A DNA stretch of 64,000 nt from Trypanosoma brucei. Lineage: Eukaryota. The DNA lies in NCBI GenBank assembly GCA_000002445.1, contig AL929603.2, positions 512,001 to 576,000 on the forward strand, in the 5' to 3' direction. The notes under the pieces were generated by a model. The model made no database searches, had not been told where the DNA came from, and was given only the letters and a program-made list of their open reading frames with translations. Position 1 is the stretch's first letter, and each line of letters starts with the position of its first letter. A program made the position numbers and the translations under genes. Shown piece after piece: positions 54,815 through 64,000 of the stretch.

Positions 54815-56622
54815 GATGTATGTTAATATGTTTAAACTACAAAAAAGAAAAAAAAATGTACTCACATGAGAGGCAGGGGGGTTGTGGGGAAGTGCCTTTT
54901 GTTTACCTTTTTTTTTTAATTTTTTTTTCATTTTATTGCTACCGCCTTGATATTTACGAATATCTCTCAAGGCGCGTGCATCACTGCGCTGGATGGGAAC
55001 TGAGGAGGAAAAAAAAAAAGAAGAAAGGAAAGGAAAGGCCACGTACAAAAAGGTGTTGTTGTGTACTTGAAATGACTGAAGAGGAGGATATGCGTGGATG
55101 TAGCAGAAAAAAAAAATAAAAAGGAATTGCGACACGTGTATACAGAAATAATTTTTAATATTTCAATGAAATAAGGCAAATGTGCAATTTTCCTTTTTCT
55201 TTTTTTGATGCTCGCCCCAACTCACGTGATTTTGGAAGTATTTTTATTGTTGTTGTTATTGTTGAGTGCGTCACACCGCGGTACTTTCTCTCACAATTCC
55301 CTACCTTACCTTTTTGTCGTGTTTTCCTCAACACAATACATTTTTTTTCTTTTTTTTCCCCCTACAAAAGTGCCTCGTTTCTTATATTATAACCGTCAGA
55401 CGGAGTCATGTATGAGCATATATTTATGCATTTATTTATATACTTGCCTACATATATATATATATATATCATTATGTATTTGTTTTTTACTTTTATTATT
55501 TATTTATTATATTGATATTTATACATTTTGATATATTTGGATGTGCGTCTGTGGGAAAGTGGGGGCAGGTGGTAATGTTGTGGGATCATTTATATTATAT
55601 TATGTTATATGTTGTATCACTTTTTTGTCTGTTTGTTGTATCGTTTAGGTGTGCTTGGTTGTTGTTGTTTGTATTTGTTAAATATATATTATTCTTCACT
55701 TCCCCTTGCCTTTCACCTCCTTCTCATCCTCCCCCCCTTTTTTTTTTGTTTTTTAGTTTTTTGTTTTTTTGTATTTGTTTTACTTTTCTTCCATCTTTGC
55801 CTGCCCGCTCCCTTTGCCATGGTACAGCGCCTACATCGACAAATTATTATCATCAATAATGTTGTTATAATGTACTAAGTTAAATATACCGCAGCTACAC
55901 CGATCTGCGTGCCCACACTTGTGTAAGCCCGCGCATGTACATGAATGATTGGGGTGAATAAATGAATAAGTAAGTTTATTTATTTTTATCTTATTTGTTT
56001 TCCTTTTTTTTTGTGTGTGTGTGTAGGGAATCGTATCAGCGTTTTCTCTTTTCTTTTCTCGAGGTACAACCCTGAGAAAAGAATAGCAAAATCCCTAACG
56101 GCTACGCGCTGCGTGCCATAATGAACCGGACTTCTTTTTTTTTTCTCTCTTCTTCCTCTTCTGTCATTACACAACATGAGATATTTGTATCACCCCCCCC
56201 CTCCTTAAACCCCATGATGTGATTCCCCTCTTCCCCGACTACATCCCATCGTGCCACCCCTTGATATTTCTTTTTTGTCCATTTATTGAAAATATATATA
56301 TATATATATATATATACATATTCGTATACGGATTTTTTTTTTATGTTCCTCTTCTCCTTTCTTCTCTTCTCTTCTCTTCCTTTTTCTTTCCTTTTTTTTG
56401 TTTCGTTTTTTTTTTTGCGTTCTGAGCATCATTTTGATCATAATCTGTGCGGTGTCTTTTACTGTCCTGTTATCCATTATCATTTGTTTTGTCACTCTTT
56501 CTTTTACTTTTCTCCACCATTGAAGCGAATACCTCTTAGCCCATAGCTGCGGTGGTACCGGCTGCCAACTCATACATTTCATCGTTATATTTAAATTTCA
56601 ACTCGCACTCGCATCAGTTGTT

Positions 56623-57507
56623 TTGTTTTGTTTTTCTTCTCTTCTTCTCATGCGTTGCTGCAGCACGGCGCTTCGCACGGGTCGGAGGGGCCCTGGTGGG
56701 TGGACGGAGCCGCGACTTCAACAAGCCACCAGTACCGATTTTATGCGTGACTCCACCGGCACTGGTGGTGACAATAATAATAATAATAATAATGATGGCG
56801 GAAAGGGGCCGTCCTCGGCTCTCAAGCGGCATTTTAACGTCAACGATTTCTCTATGATTGAGCGGCAACAAATGACACTCACGAAACTGATGCGCATCAC
56901 GATGGATGCAACTTTTAAACCGAAAGATCCCGACAGCAGGACATATGGCGGAGACGGTGCCACGCAGAGAGCGGCACTTCGGGAAGAGCTCAAAACAATG
57001 GACAGTCGAATTGTCCCCTTCGCTCACGAGGAAATATTAAACGACTACCTTAAAAACATAGTGGAGCTCTCCGGTCCCTCGGGTCAGCGATATGATAGAG
57101 AAATGTTGCGAGGCAGACTCGTTGGCCTCCTTTTCTTCACCGAAACGGATCGATCACTGGCATTCATGAGGTTGTTGCGGGAGTTCCATCAGCGGCACAG
57201 ACGTGACTTTGTAGTTGTCGCCATATCTCTCGGTGGAAAGGAGATGATGGATATCACTCGACAACATGGTTTCTACCACTGCAGCCATCGTGACGGGGCC
57301 ACATGGGTTCAGCGTGATACAGGTTTAATGGTGCGCCCATGGACACCACTTCCAAGGCTTATTGTCGTCAATGGTACAAGTGGTGAGGAAATCACTTCTA
57401 GCGGTGTTACAGCTGTAAAGGCGCATCCAAACACATGTTTTGAAAAGTGGAAAAATGGGGAGGAGGGATGTGATTGGTGGGATTACATCAAAACGTTCTA
57501 TATGTGA
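56623..57507 (+). CDS. Tryparedoxin-like (thioredoxin-fold) protein lacking the WCPPC active site; possible N-terminal organellar presequence
   Basis: C-terminal ~150 aa align with tryparedoxin: 'LRGRLVGLLFFTETDRSLAFMRLLREFHQRHRRDFVVVAISLGG' (TXN '[47 protein letters not shown]'), 'LPRLIVVNGTSGEEITSSG' (TXN 'IPTLITINADTGAIIGTQ'). The CPPC dithiol is replaced by TDRS. The N-terminus 'MFCFSSLLLMRCCSTALRTGRRGPGG' is Arg/hydroxyl-rich with no acidic residues, which is presequence-like. The true start may be an internal Met (e.g. 56650). Confidence 0.55.
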   Translation: MFCFSSLLLMRCCSTALRTGRRGPGGWTEPRLQQATSTDFMRDSTGTGGDNNNNNNNDGGKGPSSALKRHFNVNDFSMIERQQMTLTKLMRITMDATFKPKDPDSRTYGGDGATQRAALREELKTMDSRIVPFAHEEILNDYLKNIVELSGPSGQRYDREMLRGRLVGLLFFTETDRSLAFMRLLREFHQRHRRDFVVVAISLGGKEMMDITRQHGFYHCSHRDGATWVQRDTGLMVRPWTPLPRLIVVNGTSGEEITSSGVTAVKAHPNTCFEKWKNGEEGCDWWDYIKTFYM

Positions 57508-58481
57508 GTTGTCAAATGAAGAGGGAATGCGTGGCTGGGAAACGGGGATGCAATATATATATATATATACGCGAGTCTTTTTACCATTATCTGTACGCAT
57601 TGGTATTGGTTTGCCCTCGACGTTATTTTACGTAAATTCACTCAGGAATAAAATAAGGCATTGCAGTTCACGGGCCAACATTCCACTAGTGTTTATAATA
57701 TCGTTCTTTTTTATATCAGTGTAACGATTGCTCACACTTATTTAGGATCAAATTTCACTTACTTTCAAATTTGTGTTGTAACAATATAGAAAGGAAAAGC
57801 AAGTCATTCAAGCATGATAAGGAACCTTCAGCAGCGCCACTGCGTTAACTTCCACTCAACATAATAAAATAATAAAGATATTTGAATTTAAAATAAACTT
57901 ACCTTTCAAAAATCGCAGAAAAACACTTGAACGGAACGAAAAAATAAAAAAAACATGCCATCACCATATCAACAACATCAACAGCAAAAATAAAATCAAC
58001 TAAAACCTTATTTAAGGACGGAAAATAGATATCTATTATTAAACAAAATAAAAAAATCTATCAACATATAACTTGAAAAATAAAACAATAACTATAATAG
58101 AACAATCACAAATATTATTGAATCTCTCCCTCTCCATATATATACATATATATATATATATACCTTCGCACCATGTGTAGGTTTTCATTTACGTTCTTTC
58201 TTTCTTTCTTTTGTGAATTTGTTTTCTGTCTCAAATGTTTTTAATTCGCTTGGGACCTATGTTTTTCTTGTTTTTTTGCTCACCCTTTGTGTAGGAGGCA
58301 TCCTGTCACGTCTGTGGTTGCGTGTATGCCTTCCTTCCCCTTATTCGCTTCTTCCTGTCGTGTCACACCTCTTTCTCTCTCTCCCTTTCCGCCTTTTCTT
58401 TCAATCTTGTTTTCTCGACCAGTCCTACTAGAGGAGAAAGAATAGTAACCCTTTCATCAAAGAAAATAGTTCAAACGAATT

Positions 58482-59810
58482 ATGCGCGAAATCGTCTGCG
58501 TTCAGGCTGGCCAATGCGGCAACCAGATCGGCTCAAAGTTCTGGGAGGTGATCAGTGACGAGCACGGTGTGGACCCCACAGGTACCTACCAGGGTGACTC
58601 TGACCTGCAGCTGGAGCGCATCAATGTGTACTTTGATGAGGCAACGGGAGGTCGCTATGTGCCCCGCTCCGTGCTGATTGATCTGGAGCCAGGTACAATG
58701 GACTCCGTACGTGCTGGCCCCTATGGTCAGATCTTCCGCCCCGACAACTTCATCTTTGGACAGTCTGGCGCCGGCAACAACTGGGCAAAGGGCCACTACA
58801 CGGAGGGTGCGGAACTGATCGACTCTGTGCTCGATGTGTGCTGCAAGGAGGCGGAGAGCTGTGACTGCCTCCAGGGCTTCCAGATCTGCCACTCCCTTGG
58901 TGGTGGTACTGGCTCCGGCATGGGTACGCTGCTCATCTCGAAGCTTCGCGAGCAGTACCCTGACCGTATCATGATGACTTTCTCCATCATCCCATCCCCC
59001 AAGGTGTCCGACACTGTCGTCGAGCCGTACAATACGACTCTCTCCGTGCACCAACTTGTGGAAAACTCCGATGAGTCGATGTGCATTGACAACGAGGCAC
59101 TGTACGATATTTGCTTCCGCACCCTGAAACTGACAACACCAACGTTCGGTGACCTGAACCACTTGGTGTCTGCTGTTGTGTCCGGCGTCACCTGCTGCCT
59201 GCGCTTCCCTGGTCAGTTGAACTCTGACCTCCGTAAGTTGGCTGTGAACCTTGTCCCATTCCCGCGTCTGCACTTCTTCATGATGGGCTTCGCCCCGCTG
59301 ACCAGCCGCGGCTCGCAGCAGTACCGCGGTCTCTCCGTGCCCGAGCTAACGCAGCAGATGTTCGATGCGAAAAACATGATGCAAGCTGCAGATCCTCGTC
59401 ACGGCCGCTACCTGACAGCGTCTGCACTCTTCCGCGGCCGCATGTCGACGAAGGAGGTTGATGAGCAGATGCTGAACGTGCAGAACAAGAACTCGTCCTA
59501 CTTCATTGAGTGGATCCCGAACAACATCAAGTCCTCTGTTTGCGATATCCCACCCAAGGGACTCAAGATGGCTGTCACCTTCATTGGCAACAACACCTGC
59601 ATCCAGGAGATGTTCCGCCGTGTGGGAGAGCAGTTCACCCTCATGTTCCGTCGCAAGGCGTTCTTGCACTGGTACACTGGCGAGGGTATGGACGAGATGG
59701 AATTCACGGAGGCAGAGTCCAACATGAACGATCTCGTGTCTGAGTACCAGCAGTACCAGGATGCCACGATTGAGGAGGAGGGCGAGTTCGACGAGGAGGA
59801 GCAATACTAG
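58482..59810 (+). CDS. TUBB: Beta-tubulin (copy 1 in window; first gene of the tubulin array)
   Basis: 442 aa, '[17 protein letters not shown]...[12 protein letters not shown]...[12 protein letters not shown]'. Canonical beta-tubulin. Identical in amino-acid sequence to the copy at 62124. Confidence 0.98.
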
Positions 59811-60441
59811 ACGCGGACGGGGCATTTCCCGTTCGTCATTAGCAGTAGGTAATGAAGATGTTTGTTTCTCGTCCCCTTTCTCCTTCGTCCTTCTGTCATT
59901 TTGTTCTTTTGTGTTTATGTTTTGTTGTTTTTTTCTTTAATTTTTTTTTTCTTCCACGTTTGTGTACATCCGCGCGCCACTCTATTCAGAGAGCCACGGA
60001 TAGTAGAGGAGGTGGGAAGGGTATATGAGGGACACGCGTACCATGATGTGGGATGTATTGGGGTCCCTGTCTGTCCTTACGTGACTATGTATGAACCGTC
60101 ACGTGTAAGATGAGCTAGTGAGATCAACAGTACAACTCATCAACACGCCTTCTTCTCGTTAAATGTACACAATCTTGATCCTCCACCTTTATGGGTCCCA
60201 TTGTTTGCCTCTTCCGCTGTGTGGAGTGCGCCTACACGCACTTCTCACTTCGTAAGTGGTGGTGGCGTAAGTATTCCCTAATGTTGACTCTATGTTCTCC
60301 TCTCCTCACCCCCTCGCGGTGCTGATTTCTGACAGATCTTCAAACACTAGTTTAAGCAAAGGACTATTCATCCGTTTATATTAGCAACAGTAGGTACTAG
60401 CACCACTAACAACAACAACAAAGCACTTCTATTTATTTATC

Positions 60442-61797
60442 ATGCGTGAGGCTATCTGCATCCACATTGGTCAGGCTGGTTGCCAGGTTGGTAACGCCTG
60501 CTGGGAATTGTTCTGCCTGGAACACGGCATTCAACCCGATGGTGCGATGCCCTCTGACAAGACGATTGGCGTTGAGGATGATGCGTTCAACACCTTCTTC
60601 TCTGAGACTGGTGCTGGCAAGCACGTTCCCCGCGCGGTGTTCTTGGACCTGGAGCCAACAGTGGTGGATGAAGTGCGCACTGGCACGTACCGCCAGCTGT
60701 TCCACCCCGAGCAGCTGATCTCCGGCAAGGAGGATGCGGCCAACAACTACGCTCGTGGCCACTACACCATTGGTAAGGAGATCGTCGACCTCTGCCTGGA
60801 CCGCATCCGCAAGCTCGCTGACAACTGCACTGGTCTTCAGGGCTTCCTCGTGTATCACGCCGTCGGCGGTGGCACTGGTTCTGGCCTGGGTGCGCTGCTC
60901 TTGGAGCGCCTCTCCGTGGACTATGGCAAGAAGTCCAAGCTCGGCTACACGGTGTATCCATCACCGCAGGTGTCGACGGCTGTCGTGGAGCCCTACAACT
61001 CTGTGCTCTCGACACACTCACTTCTGGAGCACACCGATGTTGCTGCGATGCTTGACAATGAAGCAATTTATGATTTGACTCGCCGCAACCTCGATATTGA
61101 GCGCCCCACGTACACCAACCTGAACCGCCTCATCGGTCAGGTGGTTTCCTCGCTGACAGCGTCCCTCCGCTTCGACGGTGCATTGAACGTGGATCTGACA
61201 GAGTTCCAGACAAACCTTGTGCCGTACCCACGTATCCACTTCGTGCTGACAAGCTATGCACCAGTCATCTCCGCAGAGAAGGCCTACCACGAGCAACTCT
61301 CTGTCTCTGAGATCTCGAACGCTGTGTTTGAGCCCGCCTCCATGATGACAAAGTGCGACCCCCGCCACGGCAAGTACATGGCGTGCTGCCTCATGTACCG
61401 TGGTGACGTTGTGCCAAAGGATGTGAATGCTGCCGTCGCGACCATCAAGACGAAGCGCACGATTCAGTTCGTGGACTGGTCTCCCACAGGCTTCAAGTGC
61501 GGTATCAACTACCAGCCACCCACGGTGGTGCCAGGTGGTGACCTTGCCAAGGTGCAGCGCGCGGTATGCATGATCGCCAACTCCACGGCCATCGCAGAGG
61601 TGTTCGCTCGTATTGACCACAAATTCGATCTCATGTACAGCAAGCGCGCCTTCGTGCACTGGTACGTCGGTGAGGGTATGGAAGAGGGTGAGTTCTCCGA
61701 GGCCCGTGAAGACCTTGCAGCACTTGAGAAGGACTACGAAGAGGTTGGTGCCGAGTCCGCGGATATGGACGGTGAGGAGGATGTGGAGGAGTACTAG
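60442..61797 (+). CDS. TUBA: Alpha-tubulin
   Basis: 451 aa, '[30 protein letters not shown]...[12 protein letters not shown]...DGEEDVEEY'. Canonical alpha-tubulin with C-terminal Tyr. Confidence 0.98.
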
Positions 61798-61984
61798 AAA
61801 GTGTGACAACGTCGCACCATGTGTAGGTTTTCATTTACGTTCTTTCTTTCTTTTGTGAATTTGTTTTCTGTCTCAAATGTTTTTAATTCGCTTGGGACCT
61901 ATGTTTTTCTTGTTTTTTTGCTCACCCTTTGTGTAGGAGGCATCCTGTCACGTCTGTGGTTGCGTGTATGCCTTCCTTCCCCTT

Positions 61985-62073
61985 ATTCGCTTCTTCCTGT
62001 CGTGTCACACCTCTTTCTCTCTCTCCCTTTCCGCCTTTTCTTTCAATCTTGTTTTCTCGACCAGCCCTACTAG
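61985..62073 (+). promoter_or_regulatory. Polypyrimidine tract + AG in the alpha->beta tubulin intergenic region (candidate beta-tubulin SL acceptor; equivalent copy at 58343-58431)
   Basis: 'ttcttcctgtcgtgtcacacctctttctctctctccctttccgccttttctttcaatcttgttttctcgaccagccctactag' precedes the beta ATG (62124) by ~50 nt. This is a classic kinetoplastid trans-splice signal architecture. Confidence 0.55.
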
Positions 62074-62123
62074 AGGAGAAAGAATAGTAACCCTTTCATC
62101 AAAGAAAATAGTTCAAACGAATT

Positions 62124-63452
62124 ATGCGCGAAATCGTCTGCGTTCAGGCTGGCCAATGCGGCAACCAGATCGGCTCAAAGTTCTGGGAGGTGATCAGTGA
62201 CGAGCACGGTGTGGACCCCACAGGTACCTACCAGGGTGACTCTGACCTGCAGCTGGAGCGCATCAATGTGTACTTTGATGAGGCAACGGGAGGTCGCTAT
62301 GTGCCCCGCTCCGTGCTGATTGATCTGGAGCCAGGTACAATGGACTCCGTACGTGCTGGCCCCTATGGTCAGATCTTCCGCCCCGACAACTTCATCTTTG
62401 GACAGTCTGGCGCCGGCAACAACTGGGCAAAGGGCCACTACACGGAGGGTGCGGAACTGATCGACTCTGTGCTCGATGTGTGCTGCAAGGAGGCGGAGAG
62501 CTGTGACTGCCTCCAGGGCTTCCAGATCTGCCACTCCCTTGGTGGTGGTACTGGCTCCGGCATGGGTACGCTGCTCATCTCGAAGCTTCGCGAGCAGTAC
62601 CCTGACCGTATCATGATGACTTTCTCCATCATCCCATCCCCCAAGGTGTCCGACACTGTCGTCGAGCCGTACAATACGACTCTCTCCGTGCACCAACTTG
62701 TGGAAAACTCCGATGAGTCGATGTGCATTGACAACGAGGCACTGTACGATATTTGCTTCCGCACCCTGAAACTGACAACACCAACGTTCGGTGACCTGAA
62801 CCACTTGGTGTCTGCTGTTGTGTCCGGCGTCACCTGCTGCCTGCGCTTCCCTGGTCAGTTGAACTCTGACCTCCGTAAGTTGGCTGTGAACCTTGTCCCA
62901 TTCCCGCGTCTGCACTTCTTCATGATGGGCTTCGCCCCGCTGACCAGCCGCGGCTCGCAGCAGTACCGCGGTCTCTCCGTGCCCGAGCTAACGCAGCAGA
63001 TGTTCGATGCGAAAAACATGATGCAAGCTGCAGATCCTCGTCACGGCCGCTACCTGACAGCGTCTGCACTCTTCCGCGGCCGCATGTCGACGAAGGAGGT
63101 TGATGAGCAGATGCTGAACGTGCAGAACAAGAACTCGTCCTACTTCATTGAGTGGATCCCGAACAACATCAAGTCCTCTGTTTGTGATATCCCACCCAAG
63201 GGACTCAAGATGGCTGTCACCTTCATTGGCAACAACACCTGCATCCAGGAGATGTTCCGCCGTGTGGGAGAGCAGTTCACCCTCATGTTCCGTCGCAAGG
63301 CGTTCTTGCACTGGTACACTGGCGAGGGTATGGACGAGATGGAATTCACGGAGGCAGAGTCCAACATGAACGATCTCGTGTCTGAGTACCAGCAGTACCA
63401 GGATGCCACGATTGAGGAGGAGGGCGAGTTCGACGAGGAGGAGCAATACTAG
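62124..63452 (+). CDS. TUBB: Beta-tubulin (copy 2)
   Basis: Protein identical to the 58482 copy. Nucleotide-identical over all segments compared. Confidence 0.98.
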
Positions 63453-64000
63453 ACGCGGACGGGGCATTTCCCGTTCGTCATTAGCAGTAGGTAATGAAGA
63501 TGTTTGTTTCTCGTCCCCTTTCTCCTTCGTCCTTCTGTCATTTTGTTCTTTTGTGTTTATGTTTTGTTGTTTTTTTCTTTAATTTTTTTTTTCTTCCACG
63601 TTTGTGTACATCCGCGCGCCACTCTATTCAGAGAGCCACGGATAGTAGAGGAGGTGGGAAGGGTATATGAGGGACACGCGTACCATGATGTGGGATGTAT
63701 TGGGGTCCCTGTCTGTCCTTACGTGACTATGTATGAACCGTCACGTGTAAGATGAGCTAGTGAGATCAACAGTACAACTCATCAACACGCCTTCTTCTCG
63801 TTAAATGTACACAATCTTGATCCTCCACCTTTATGGGTCCCATTGTTTGCCTCTTCCGCTGTGTGGAGTGCGCCTACACGCACTTCTCACTTCGTAAGTG
63901 GTGGTGGCGTAAGTATTGCCTAATGTTGACTCTATGTTCTCCTCTCCTCACCCCCTCGCGGTGCTGATTTCTGACAGATCTTCAAACACTAGTTTAAGCA

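Larger units (their letters stand above)
58165..64000 (+). repeat. Head-to-tail alpha/beta-tubulin tandem array (unit beta + alpha, ~3.64 kb), 1.6 units present; runs off the window end
   Basis: 'tcgcaccatgtgtaggttttcatttacgttc' occurs at 58165 and 61811. Beta starts are 3642 bp apart (58482 and 62124). Sequence 63453-64000 repeats 59811-60358. Sequence upstream of 58165 is unrelated, so this is the array boundary. The units differ by a 4-bp (cttt) indel at ~58196 and a T/C SNP at ~58425 vs 62067. Confidence 0.95.

Noticed and set aside
58533-59273. Long antisense ORFs inside the tubulin genes (e.g. 246 aa at 58533-59273, 263 aa at 61018-61809, 159 aa at 59346-59825, and their duplicates)
   Set aside because: They lie entirely within and opposite to highly conserved tubulin CDSs. 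GC-rich third positions in the sense frame suppress antisense stop codons. No independent support.
1-64000. Prokaryotic-style features (CRISPR arrays, operons, defence islands, integrons)
   Set aside because: The sequence is unmistakably kinetoplastid nuclear DNA: tubulin array, Raptor, zuotin, calpain-like family, polypyrimidine-tract spacers. No direct-repeat/spacer architecture or bacterial gene signatures are present.

Overview
This window is nuclear DNA from a kinetoplastid, almost certainly an African trypanosome of the Trypanosoma brucei group. The gene content and order resemble the calpain-like/SKCRP cluster that lies next to the alpha/beta-tubulin tandem array on T. brucei chromosome 1; I have not verified this by search. 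It is not prokaryotic, so CRISPR, operon and defence-island logic does not apply. Genes are intron-less, densely packed and mostly on the + strand. Layout: (i) 2.0-6.4 kb holds three housekeeping genes: zuotin/DnaJC2-like J-protein, a YIF1-like Golgi protein, and splicing factor PRP38. (ii) 6.4-19.6 kb is a ~13 kb gene-poor island. It contains a single antisense (minus-strand) VSG-related surface glycoprotein gene bracketed by a ~130 bp direct repeat, plus a GC-rich block and a T-rich approach to the next + strand unit. (iii) 19.6-37.3 kb holds three large calpain-like proteins, all with the catalytic Cys replaced but His and Asn kept. One carries seven 102-bp tandem repeats. Two small kinetoplastid calpain-related proteins (SKCRPs) follow, separated by unusually long low-complexity intergenic regions. 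(iv) 41.2-49.1 kb holds a Raptor (TORC1) homologue and a NAP-family histone chaperone. (v) 50.2-53.4 kb holds a pair of near-identical SKCRP paralogues. (vi) 56.6-57.5 kb holds a redox-dead tryparedoxin-like protein. (vii) From 58.2 kb runs the upstream boundary of the tubulin array (beta, alpha, beta) with a 3642-3646 bp unit. The most interesting signals are the acylation-motif and active-site substitution pattern across the calpain-like family, the paralogue pair with a homogenised core, the lone antisense VSG-related gene with flanking repeats, and the captured edge of the tubulin array.
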